From Patellaria atrata CBS 101060 (Eukaryota): DNA of 47,228 bases. How positions within the stretch are numbered: the first letter of the stretch is position 1; every line of letters begins with the position of its first letter. The notes beneath the pieces were generated by a model. That model had not been told where the DNA came from. It ran no database searches and saw nothing but the letters and a program-made list of their open reading frames with translations. A program made the position numbers and the translations under genes. Positions 25,207-36,478 of the stretch are shown here, piece after piece. The stretch lies in contig MU006103.1 of the NCBI GenBank assembly GCA_010093705.1, forward strand, positions 482,008 through 529,235. The letters run 5' to 3'.

Positions 25207-27653
25207 TCATAACTCATGATTCATCCCAAGTTCCTCAAACCGTCCCCTCACACCTCTTCCTAATCCCCACCCACTCTTCCCAAACACCTTTCTCATACCC
25301 TGGACTGCTTTCATACTCGCTACCTCCATCTCTTCCAACCGTCCATGATCCTCATGAGCCCCAAGAGGCACCCCAAACGGATGCTCCTGGACACCGCACA
25401 CGGTGCCTTTCACCGGGAGTGTGGCGTTGTGGAAGTAAGCACGGAGGGCGGTGGTGGTGCAATGCGAGAATGCTATTGTTGAGGTGTGCTGAGAACGGTA
25501 CGTTAGATCTGTATGGTCATTTAAGGGGGATAGAGAACTTACGCCAGGGGAGTCTTGGGTCAGGATGACCGAGTCGGGGAAGAGGCTCGACATTTTGTGG
25601 GCGCTATGGGGTATGTTTTAGCGCAAGTTTCTCCCTTCCTTTGTGGGTGACCAAAAGGGGTATGGGAAACAGTGAGGGAAAAAGTGAATATCATAGGGGA
25701 TGAGGAATAAGTGAAGATTTACCCAACAAGCGGCGTGACCGGGTCCGCCGTATTCCCTACAAGCAGCAACGGCGTCAGAGTCTTTGCTCCCAGACCCGGG
25801 AACGGGAACTTGGGGCGTATGGTCCAGCCCGTACAGACCATCTGCAGCTCCGACCATATCTGCCCGATGCTTGGGGATAACTCGTTTTGCGCACGCCACA
25901 CTCTATCAAACTGTTTCTGTGTCATGCTATTCTGGGGATCGGCATCTGAGCACTCAATGGCGAAGAGCGCTTCACCATCTTGCTGAGCTAAGTCAGTAGT
26001 TCCATTCGCAGCGGTGCAGGCATAGGAGTGTTTGCGGCTGAGACTGCTTGCGAAGGCATGAGCGTCTCTGCGTTCGATCTGGGCGAAGATGTCGGCGAGA
26101 ATGGGGAATGAGTCAATTGGTGTATAGAGGGAGTGGAAGATGGCGACTTTGACATCAGTCCAGGTGATGATTTCCGGGTCCGTACCGGGAACTGGGAGAG
26201 GGTCATGGTAAAGAGAGTCGAGGATGGATTGAACTTTTTCTTGGATTTCGACTGAGGTGGAACCGTTGGTTGCTAAAGCACATAGTCCAGGCCCAGCAGC
26301 AGCACAAGAATTATAGAATGCTTCCATGGCTTTTTCAGTATCCAGTAGGTTACCGGTCCACAAGTAGTTATTGGTCGGATGTACTACGCCATCTAACACA
26401 ATTCTTTCGACACGGTCCGGGAACATAGAGGCAAAAGTGCTACCGAGGAAAGTACCATAGGAAAATCCCCAATATTGTAGCCTCTCTTTCCCGGGTCTAT
26501 AGGCCAGTCTTTGCGGGATATGGATGGTTGGTAATCTGCAACGTCTATGGTACCATTGGGGCTGAACAGCTTTGGACAATATACTCAAAGCTTTGGAGTG
26601 ACGCCATTCCCCAAACTTCTCAATAATCTCTACCATATCCCGTGCTACGTAGGGAGTACTAATATGTTGCTTTATCTCGTGTCCCTGTTTGATATTACCG
26701 GCACAACTTTTGCCAAAGGCGTCATTCATAGCCCATAGACGGCCTAACGCGGCATCCGAGCTGTTGAGAATACCCTCAGACACAGTACGTAGCGCCCAGG
26801 CTTCTCTTGTTGGACGATTATTGAAGCAGTGGGCACCAGGGGAAGACTTTCCAACTCCTCTCTGATCGAAGCCAATGATGTCGAAGTATTTACCCGCAGA
26901 ACTCTTTGATTGTACCGATGTTGGATCTTCTAAGGAGTCTACGACCGATTGAACCTCCTTTCCTTCTTTCACAACAGACGTAACCCCGGAACCACCAGGG
27001 CCACCGGGATGAATTAGAATGGGTCCCCCATAGCGGGGATCGGTGACTGAAACTCTTGCGGGAAGCTTTGCTATGGCTATAGTAACTGTTATATCTGGAT
27101 CCGTTCCGTTCCAATAGTCAAGCGGAACTTCCAATCGAGCACACTGGAGATCATCGTAGCACGGTTTGAAATGCAAGTATCTCGACGGTTGTATCTGTTC
27201 ATATCAGCAATTGTGTTAAGTAGTATTTTTCCGCTATTATCAGAGTAGAATGGTTTAATAGGTGAGCAGCTTATGCACACACCGAAAAATTATTACGATA
27301 CCATCGACCTGATTGGAAGCCCTGACACGATGGAAGATGATAGATTTATATATAATAGATCTTCGAGAGTGTAAAGTATAACTTATGCTTACCGTTGACC
27401 AGTCAAACTGGTTAGCTGTACTATTACTTATGTTCTTTTGGCCATATGTGCTAGAACTAGTCCTCCAGAAAAAGAGAGCCGACGCTACAGACGATGGGAT
27501 AAAGTGGGTTAAAGAGACGACTAGGAAGCAAGAGAATGCAAGAAACAGCCAGTAGAGCACTAGGAAGAATTGAGAGGATGTGAAGCTTGCCCTTCGAGAC
27601 TTCAAGGAACAAGTCTCACAGGCCTTCTCAGCAGATAACAATGTAGACTTCAT
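25207..27653 (-). CDS. Alpha/beta-hydrolase peptidase (tripeptidyl-aminopeptidase/TAP-like, S33 family) with an N-terminal hydrophobic anchor; introns 27392-27195, 25722-25604, 25542-25489
   Basis: CARLEVPLDY, HPGGPGGSG, FDIIGFDQRGVG, nucleophile motif YWGFSYGT, ADPVTP (Asp), DSPG|HTS (His). Confidence 0.88.
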
Positions 27654-27960
27654 GAAGAAGAGAATGTTCAAGCGAGAAAGAGAAGAAAGGATATGATAAG
27701 GAGATAATTTGGGTTATCAATAAGGATTCCTTCAAGAGGTAGAACTAGGTAGGGTAGACAATCTCGACATAGTACGAAGCACCAGAATGATTAGAACTAA
27801 TTAGTAAGCAAACATGAACCCCGCATACCTCAGTCAACATTGGTTATTATTTCGGTACTGTAAGGTATTCTATACATCGTTGAAATCTATCGCCTACATG
27901 ATACACAGTACTATATTCCCCTTTCAACAAACTGATTGTGACTTCTTTCCATATCCCAAG

Positions 27961-28046
27961 TGACCCGTAGCCTAGTGGTGGGAAAGCACCCACCACACCG
28001 ATCAGGCCAACACCAACCGGTGCAGAGGTCGAACCTTTGGGGGGGA
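27961..28046 (+). other. Degenerate tRNA-like / Pol III type-2 promoter segment (possible SINE head or tRNA relic)
   Basis: A-box-like TAGCCTAGTGG (27968-27978), B-box-like GGTCGAACC (28027-28035) in a CAGAG/CTTTG stem, and a perfect hairpin GTGGTGGG/CCCACCAC. The acceptor stem pairs poorly. Confidence 0.35.
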
Positions 28047-28082
28047 GGGGGGGGGCGGGGGGTGGCAGAGGGTGGAGGGGGG
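28039..28082. repeat. G-tract, potential G-quadruplex
   Basis: gggggggagggggggggcggggggtggcagagggtggagggggg, with at least four G-runs of 3 or more. Confidence 0.75.
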
Positions 28083-28161
28083 ATAATGCCCTCAAGCAGA
28101 AGTACACCGCTTCATGGATTTCCCCGTGGGGAGCGGGTGGGGACTGTTTTGCTCCTTTGTC

Positions 28162-28270
28162 TTTTTTTTTTGATCTTTTTTTGATCTTTTTTTGATCTCT
28201 TTTTTGATCTTTTTTTTGATCTTTTTTTTTGATCTTTTTTTTGTATCCTTTTTTTTGTACCCTTTTTTTT
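28162..28270. repeat. Tandem (T5-10 GATC)n minisatellite
   Basis: Six T-run+GATC units followed by degenerate GTATC and GTAC units. Confidence 0.9.
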
Positions 28271-28481
28271 CGTACTATGTGATAACCTGATGTTTAGGCG
28301 GGGAAGGAGGGATTGTCAATGTATAAAAAAAGGGATTGTCAAAATAATAGCTCCCTAATTTTATGGCTTTCTACTGCAATGACTTCCATTGAGTAACTGT
28401 AAAATACTTGCCGTGTGTATATTAATACAGAGGTGAGGTCATAGAACCCCCCTGAATGAATTCTGTACACGCTCAACTCAA

Positions 28482-28507
28482 ACGCGTCGCCTAACCACCT
28501 AACGCGT
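28482..28507. promoter_or_regulatory. Two MCB (MluI cell-cycle) boxes upstream of DUT1
   Basis: ACGCGT at 28482-28487 and 28502-28507, 55-80 bp before the ATG of a G1/S nucleotide-metabolism gene. Confidence 0.65.
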
Positions 28508-28561
28508 CTTTTCCCGTCTTCTACATCCTGAACCCACATTCTCCCTCAGTAATGAAAAAAC

Positions 28562-29591
28562 ATGGCAGAAGAAACATCAACACCCGCGCCAGCAATCACT
28601 CACGAACCTCCCTCCCTCCCCTCTTCACCTCTCCCCAAACGCACGAAAATCATCGACCCTACGGTGACCGCATCAATTGCTAGTGGTAACTCCATCAGTC
28701 CAACCACCAATCCTGCCTCCCATTATTTTTGTTGTCCAATTCAATCGCTTGTCTCATCTGAGTTGCGAGCTGACCTGAACGTCATAAAGCCATACCGACA
28801 GACTCCCGCACGGCAACTCCAACACCAACAAGCATGTCATCCACCGCCCCGAACGTCCCCTCCCTCGCTCCCGCAGCGCCTATCACCGACATCTCTGCAC
28901 CACCCCCGCTGCAGATAAAGAAGTTGTCCGAGAAGGGAAGGGCACCCACGAGGGGTAGTGCCTTTGCAGCGGGCTACGATATCTACAGGTACGTCCACCC
29001 CATTCGCGACCAATACCGTCGGAGTACGGCCCGTAGTCGTGTGACACCAAACTTGGATGAAAGCCGGCAAGTGACGCGGAGGTAGTGCTCAAAGCACGAC
29101 TGTTCCTGCACGCGGCAAAGCGCTCGTCGAGACGGATATCGCGATCGCGGTACCCCCTGGAACATGTAAGTGTTCCCTTTGCTTCGCTGCTCAAATCCAC
29201 CAATACAATCCCTACCCCTACCTACCTAGTGTCGTCCCATTAACCCCCTTCCTCTGCCTCTACCGACCCTCCGAAAACCTTCCCTGCTAAACTTCGTTTC
29301 TGTGTTTTAGACGGCCGCATAGCTCCCCGCTCCGGCCTCGCTTCCAAACACAGCATCAACGTGGGCGCCGGAGTCATCGACGCCGACTACCGGGGTCCCC
29401 TCAAGATCCTGCTCTTCAACCTCTCCGACACCGATTTCTCTATTGCCGAGGGAGACCGCATCGCGCAATTGATACTCGAGCGGATATGGACACCTGAGGT
29501 GTTGATGGTGGAGGAGTTGGAGGAGAGTGCAAGGGGAGTGGGGGGATTTGGAAGCACAGGGGGTTTCGGGACACCGAGTGGAGTAGTATGA
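28562..29591 (+). CDS. DUT1: dUTP pyrophosphatase; exons 28562-28685, 28790-28988, 29086-29165, 29311-29591
   Basis: dUTPase motifs [47 protein letters not shown]. Confidence 0.96.
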
Positions 29592-29785
29592 AGGCGAAAG
29601 ACGGGAACAGCGAAATACCATGCTGGAATCCGCATACGAGATGTAGAACGAGGGGTAAGCAAGTAAACGAATGCACTTGAGACAATCAAGGGTCCCTATT
29701 CTCTCCAAAGCTCTATGATAGACCAAACCCCTCTCGAACGTGATATTCTCCACCTCTACGTCTACCGCGTTCCGCATCGGCTCGA

Positions 29786-31297
29786 TCACGGCCCCCACCG
29801 ACGATCATTCTCAGTATGTATCGCCGTGTCCGGTTCACCCCCTAAATGCACGACCCCAAGCTCATCCGGCTCCCTCGTCTTCAACCTCGCCTCCCCCTCA
29901 CCCTTCCCGACCTCAACCTCCCTTACCACAAACTCCTCCCACCTCGGCGGCTCCACCAGATCCCCACGTTCCTGCACAACCCTCACCTCAGCCGCCCTCG
30001 TCTTCCTCAAATGCCACCACATCGCCGCGTCGGCCTCGCTCTCATTGACAGCATGCCCGCCGCCGCGCCCCGTCTCCTCCTTCATCTCCCGCAGCTTGTC
30101 CTCGAGGAACGTCGCCGTCTTGCCGAGCACGGACTGCATGCTCGCGAGGACCTTCTGGACCGCTTTCGCGAGGGGCAGCTCCGTCGCCGGCACGTCGTCC
30201 GGGCTCTTCCAGCGAGACGTGTCGCGGAGGCCGGCGGCGGTGACGGCCTCGCGGAACCGATAGGTGGTCAGGGCGGCGAACATGTCGCCGGTGCCGGAGA
30301 AGAAGTGGGGGATTGCTGAGATGTCGATGCGGAAGAGGCGGGGCGAGTTGTCGGAGCGGGCGCTGGAGCCGATGATCGTCATGGTGTCGGTGTCCATTTC
30401 CGCTTTGGTGTCTGGGGATGAAGAATTGGTTGTGGAAGGAAATTTTACGGAGGTGATGATGATGTGTGGGGTCGAGTAAGTGGCGTGAAGGGTACGTATG
30501 GCAGTAGTGAGGGAGGCGAAGGAGTCGATGGGGGTGTCGGAGAGGACCCTGTGGGATTGTGAGCAGAGTATGGTTTACTTCCTTCAGAGGATGAAGAAGC
30601 TTACTCTGCTTCGAATTGGTTTGGTAGGATGAGGTCGGCTTCTCTCAGGAGAGATTTGTAGACTGGGATTACTTCTTCGGGGAGGTAGAGTTTACCGGCG
30701 TCGCCCATTACAGGGTCGAGGACTGATTGCTGTTAGCTGTGATTTGGTGATGATACGATTTGGGATGACTCGAAAATTACCCCAAAAGAAGGAGCCGGGT
30801 TTCGTTAAACTGTTAAATCTCTGCTCGCGTGCTATTTTGCCAACTACTTCGATTACGTCCGCGCTGGGCATATAGCCAGTAACCATCATGTTGAACTCAT
30901 CGAGATACGATTGTTTCAGTCCCTCGTAGAGCTCTATTATCTCATCGGCGGTAGTCTTTCTTCCAGTTCGCTGCCGGTAGCCTGTATGATTACCTGGTTC
31001 AACCTTAGTTTCTCGTCCGTCATGATCATGTCAAATATCAAAGGGATTCTACTGTAATTGACTGTATTGATAGCTGAGACTTCAAAACCCAAGGCTTGTA
31101 GAACGAACGTGACCATGGTGTTACCGACATATCTTGACGCGTCTCAGCATGTAAATATCACTGGGTTCCAGAATACCTACCCATGGACAACCTGTGGAAA
31201 TTCTGTCAGTGTTTCTATCACGCGCTTTGATAAGCATTCTCACATGGCTTGCAATTGCCAAAACCCTTGTATCAGGAATACCCTCCTCAGGTGTCAT
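29786..31297 (-). CDS. BUD16: Pyridoxal kinase (multi-exon, includes an 11-nt micro-exon at 31191-31181)
   Basis: [62 protein letters not shown]. Confidence 0.93.
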
Positions 31298-31439
31298 AAT
31301 GAGATCTTATATGTCATCCAGAAAGGATCAAATGAGTTGGAAATTTGGAGATTTAGAGAAGAGTTTGAAGATGAGAGATAGAAGAAGATGATATCAAATT
31401 GTGGGATGGGCAACTTATGGCAGTAGTCTAGGTAAGGTA

Positions 31440-31447
31440 ACGCGAAA
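31440..31447. promoter_or_regulatory. SCB/MCB-like site upstream of pyridoxal kinase
   Basis: ACGCGAAA about 143 bp upstream of the ATG at 31297. Confidence 0.35.
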
Positions 31448-31720
31448 CTCTGACGTTAGCGGGGTCGATTATCTTCCACTCCCCACCAGACAGTTCGAAG
31501 GTATAGATAACCCGTTATCGCGGCCAAGGGGAGTAAACACCTCATCTCCGATAAAAAAGGAATATATGTTTGCAAATCTTCTAAACACTCTTCATTTTTC
31601 TATTATGGGGTATTTCGTACCTCGTTGGGAACATGTCGATTACTATTTGACCCACGCCCATACCCAACCATATAAAACCCACCGTATTTGTTTTCCTTCA
31701 TGTCAATGACATCAACAATT

Positions 31721-32706
31721 CTACTCCTCATCACCGATCTAACATAATGTTAGGTGCTTATAAAATCAAATTGGGATTGGTTGACTCACCTTGGGAGCCA
31801 AGTAGAATCTGAGATGACTGTTGTTAGCCAAGGAGTACTCGACCAACAGTGGTACTTCGTTGGAAAGGCAGAGCTTCACGGTGGAGGAGAGACCACTAGC
31901 TTTGCAGAAATTGACCAAGTACTTGAGCGAGAATGTAAGCGCAACAGGTTCTGAAAGATCAATCTCGACGTTCAGTTCGGGCTTGTCGACGTTCGTGTGA
32001 CTCCTGAGTGTGACAGCTCCTGACCCAATGTCTCCCTGGCAGGCGAACTTTACACCCTCTTTTGTGCACTCAATAGCAACTGTATATAATCAGCATTTCA
32101 TATTCATATTCCGAGGTGTGATAAGCCTCAACCTACCCGACTCTGATAGCAGTATGAGGTCTCTGCAGATACGCTGGAATTCTGATGACGGCATAGAAAT
32201 CGTGGCACCGTAATCGGTCTCCGGAATGCCTAGATGCTCCTGATCGATGTCCATGAGCTTGAGATCATATTCGCTAATACGATCGCTCTCAGCGCTCTCA
32301 AACACCAAATTAACGACATCAGGTGTGTCCTCAGCCTTTAGTGTCAGGATATCCTCATTTTGTGCCGCTCGTAACACCTTTGTGAGTGATGTGAGGTTGA
32401 TCCCTAGCGCGATGTTACGGTCGCATCTGAAAGGAGAGAAACTCTCTGATCTGAGCATCATCGAGACGAGAGCGACGTGGGAGTTATCCATGGCCTGTAG
32501 AGCGATTCCAGAATCATTGCAGTCGAAATTGCAGTCTTGGACTAAGTCTTTGATGGCATCGACAACCTATTATAGTAAGAAACGACTATTGAGAAAAGGA
32601 AGTCAATAATATACCTTTTTCAGAAGGTTGGCCTGCTCTAAACGTGCTTCAAGCACTGGAAATGTTATCAGCTATGGTCCTGAGGTGTCGAGGTAAAACA
32701 CTTACT
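31721..32706 (-). CDS. POL30: Proliferating cell nuclear antigen; start codon split A|TG by intron 32705-32656
   Basis: [50 protein letters not shown]...[16 protein letters not shown]...RFYLAPK|IGDEE*. Confidence 0.97.
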
Positions 32707-32855
32707 AATAACGGTAGGTATAGTCTAAATACAGAAGAACTGTGTTGAATAAGAGGTGTGTTATTTTGATAGCAACAGCGATCGATTCGTAGAAATTTTG
32801 TTGTAGATTATGAGAAACGGAACGTTCGTTGTTGATTCTGAAATTCGATGGTTGG

Positions 32856-32876
32856 ACGCGAGAATCCAAAACGCGT
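32856..32876. promoter_or_regulatory. MCB boxes upstream of PCNA
   Basis: ACGCGA at 32856-32861 and ACGCGT at 32871-32876. PCNA is a classic MBF target. Confidence 0.65.
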
Positions 32877-33279
32877 CAACGGTGCCGCTTTTGCGTGCCG
32901 CTGACTAAGATTCAATTAAGGCCAAAAAGGGCAAGATACTCCGTATGTTTTTCACAACCCCAACACCAGGAATTTCATTCACCATGTAACATTCATGTAA
33001 TCAGCTTTCTGAGACAAATAACATAAAGGACCAGCTATGACATTATTTGTAACATAAGAATTCGATTACAAGTTAGGTGATGCCACCACATACGGTGAAC
33101 TTGCTGCTGCCGTTTCACATGGATCAGAGACCAGCAACCAATCTCTCATCTAAATAGCCACAATCATAGATCATTCGCAGAATGCATAGGCAAACAGGAT
33201 ATCCCCAGTCCCAGTCACCACCTCCCTAAAACTCCGTCTAAAAGAAAACGTGAAAAGAAAATTGAAAAGGTATAGAGAT

Positions 33280-35684
33280 CTAGAAAGCATCCTCGAACGG
33301 ACATAAAGTAGCATCGTGCCCATCGCGCTCACATAGTGCACACCATTTGTTTGGATCAGCAACAGTGCTTCCTTTTCCAGCAACAAGAGCTGAATCGTAT
33401 GGGTTAGGTAGTGGTGCCGATGGAGCAGCGCTTGGGGAAGCCATAGGTTTCTTTGAGGGAGTAAGAGGCGCCGGCGGCTCAATATCAGAAATTGACAGAT
33501 TCCTCAGTCCGTGGAGACCGATGACCTTACCATTGCGTTGACCATCAGGAGTTTTGACTGCGCCTCTATCGGATTGACTTCCCATATTCGTGCAGTTAAG
33601 AATATCATGTCCGCCGGTTTCGCAGATCTCACACCAAAGAACGCTACCCTCCGCTGATGATTGTGCGTCGGATTCTAACATCGGGTCTAGTGGTGCAATC
33701 TCGTTACGTTGGACCTGTGGAGAGCCTCTCCAACTGACAACAGTACCCTTGGAATCTCTTGCAGAGGAGCGTTTATCTTGCATGGCCGTCGTTTCCGATA
33801 CCGCACCATTGCTCAGAACGCTGTCTCGCTGGACTTGCCCATTCCCGGTTTGCCGCATGCGTTCCACCTCACGTTCTAGCTCCTCCTCTCTGTATGCTTT
33901 CCTTTCGACAAGCCCTCGCAATTCCTCCTTCTCTCTCTCGAGTCGGTCAATAACGGCCTTGAACTTATCATGTTCCGAGTTATCGGGTGACACGCCAAAA
34001 GTACTCCTACGGGCTGGTGATCTCCCGTCGATGTCAGATCCTGAGCTTAATGAATGAATGATAGCTTTTAGACCACGAATCTCATCATCCCTTTGCTCGA
34101 CCGCGCGAGACCCACCCGGGCTCAACGTCCCATCGACAGCATCTCCGGCCCCTTTTAAAGCTGCCGCTGCTTTCTCCCTTTCTCGGCGAAGCTCAGAACG
34201 ACCACGTTCAACTTCACCCCTCAAGAACTCAACCTCACCTCTTGCCTCCGCCTCGCCCCTTCGAGCATCCTCCAAACCTTCCTCAAGCTCTTGCACTAAC
34301 TCTTCAAGCTGCTTCAGCTGTTTTGCGACAGTTTCTACATCAGCTCTTCCTTCATGAGCATCTTGCAACTGTTGCGTAAGATCTTCGACCTTTTTCTCGT
34401 ATACTCTTACGGTCTCAGTACTGGCTTCTTCTAGGGTATCTAGCGTGCTTCTGAAGTCTTGACGATGGGCGTCGAACTCAGCCGTTAGCATCGATATCTT
34501 TTCATTCTTTTCGCGTATTACCGCCCTTAGCTGAGCGGCATCTGCGCCTGGTTCAGTATCCTCTGTGGGTAAAAACGTTTGGAGTTCCGCGAAACTCTTT
34601 TCCATTTCCGTTAAAGTTGCCGCTTGTTCCCGTAGTTGTTTATCGCGCTCTTCCAGTTTGTTTTTCAGCCTCTGGATCTCTTCTTCAGCACCACCATAGC
34701 CGGATCTGGTACTGGGGGTGTAACTAGAGTCACTAGTCCTCGCGGTGCCAATGGGAGTTGTCTCTTGGTCTTCTTCGATTGCATCATGGTGACCCAATCG
34801 AGAGCCAGTGCGAGAATACGGTCGGCTGGGTGGTCCCGGTGTTCTGGGTTTATTTGGGCTAAATTTGTTCGTGTTTGTGCTCGTGTATCTCGGGGCGCCA
34901 ATTGCACTCTTTGAAAAGGATGCAGGACTAACTGATGTGCCTCGTGCTGGTGTGGGTTGCAAATTTGGCTGTCTTCTGAAAGGGGATTCTGGTCTAGGAA
35001 GTGAGGGTCTCTGTTTAGGTTTGAACACGGGGCTAGGAGCGCGAGCACCCGGCCCAACTGATTGTGAAAACTTGGGCATTACCGGTGTTGGTGGGCTATA
35101 TGCGTCCGACTGAGGTCCACGGCCGTTGCCCTGATAGTTGGAAAAGGAGGGAGTAGTTGGTGTGGGCGGAAACGTTTCTGTGTGACGAGAGGGAGATGCT
35201 CGTTTGGAGGCTCGGTGCATGGGTAGAAATATGCCAGATCCAGGTACAGACGTGGTAAAATATCGCGTTCTAAAAGGGGTGTCAGCTGTGGATCCCAAGT
35301 CCAAATTTGCGCCTTGTTGACGTTTTTGAGCCCGACTTACCCTTCGACATCGCCATCATTCTTACCGCGTGCTGCATACTCCTTTGCCAATTCCACACCT
35401 GCAAAAACTCCTTTCTTACCTTTGACCGCTCCAACAAATTTTACGACACCGTGCATGCCACCGGGGACATCGACAGTCTCTCCTACCTCTATGGGAGGAG
35501 GTGGCATTTTTTCGGATGGTGTTGTAGGACCAGCGCTGACTCCAGTAAGGGCGTTCAAAGAGGCTTTCCGTGCTATGGCGGTGCTAGCGGCCAGACTTAG
35601 GTTTGGTGAAGATGCAGTGTTGATGTGTGAGTTTCCGAGTGAAGGGCGGGCACTTGGGAGGCGTCGCGGTGTTTGAAAGGCCAT
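33280..35684 (-). CDS. CAP-Gly microtubule plus-end protein, CLIP-170/Bik1/Tip1-like; intron 35340-35270
   Basis: CAP-Gly GVVKFVG...GVEL...GKNDGDVEG|TRYF, a long coiled coil, two C-terminal zinc knuckles (WCEICETGGHDILNC, WCALCERDGHDATLC) and an acidic-aromatic end (EDAF). Confidence 0.9.
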
Positions 35685-36478
35685 GATTACAATAAAACGT
35701 GACCTGGTGCCGGGTCGCAATTACTTGGTATTTTCGTACTTTGTACCACGGGATGGGCATGAATCAACTTCAAGCTGTCAACCTGTTTTCGTGTAGTCCC
35801 AAAACTTAAGGGAGTGTTTTTATTCTTTTTAGGACAGGGGCAACCTAACCTAACTTAACCTTGACCCTTTTAGGTAAGCCGTTGCTAAGGTAAGGCGCGT
35901 TTACAAGACGCGATAAGGCTACCCGACTCAACCGAATCACGTATCAAGGAACAATCCAGTAAGTTTCCCACCTATACCGTAATGTAACATTAATAAAAAC
36001 AACATCAACAGCTACCTACCTACCTGACTATAAACTAGCTTTGAGGTGTTCACGCTATTATTGTTATTGTTCCCAATGGAGTAAGGGAGCATAGACAAAG
36101 TCAAAACAATACCGCAGTTGAGGCTTCATGATACGGAATATAGTATGATACAGTATCTATGTTAAAAAGTGTTCATTCCCATCTCTATTGCCGAAGCTCT
36201 CGTCAACAAATCCAAGACCTTGAATATGGTATGATTATAATACCTAGCGCTACCTTATTAGTCAGTTCTACCGTACCAGTAAGGTCGGGCATACCTATAC
36301 AATACCTACAGTACATCAATGAGGTGGATTCTAAAATTGGGCTTGTAAGCTCGGCCGGCTCTGACATCTTCGGGCCATGAACCTCGGCATCCTACGGGTA
36401 TCACGACCCTCACTACAAAGTACACCCATAAGATGAAATACGCACTTTTCACCAACAATATGCCCTGCAAATACAGCC

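Noticed and set aside
27961..28046. Functional tRNA gene
   Set aside because: The acceptor stem does not pair properly, the T-loop deviates from TTCGA, and no canonical D and anticodon arms can be assigned. Kept only as a tRNA-like relic.
28162..28270. CRISPR-like array
   Set aside because: Eukaryotic context, and the units are homopolymer plus GATC with no unique spacers.
35841..35868. Telomere-like repeat (caacctaacctaacttaaccttgaccc)
   Set aside because: Degenerate 5-mers rather than CCCTAA repeats, and too short to call.
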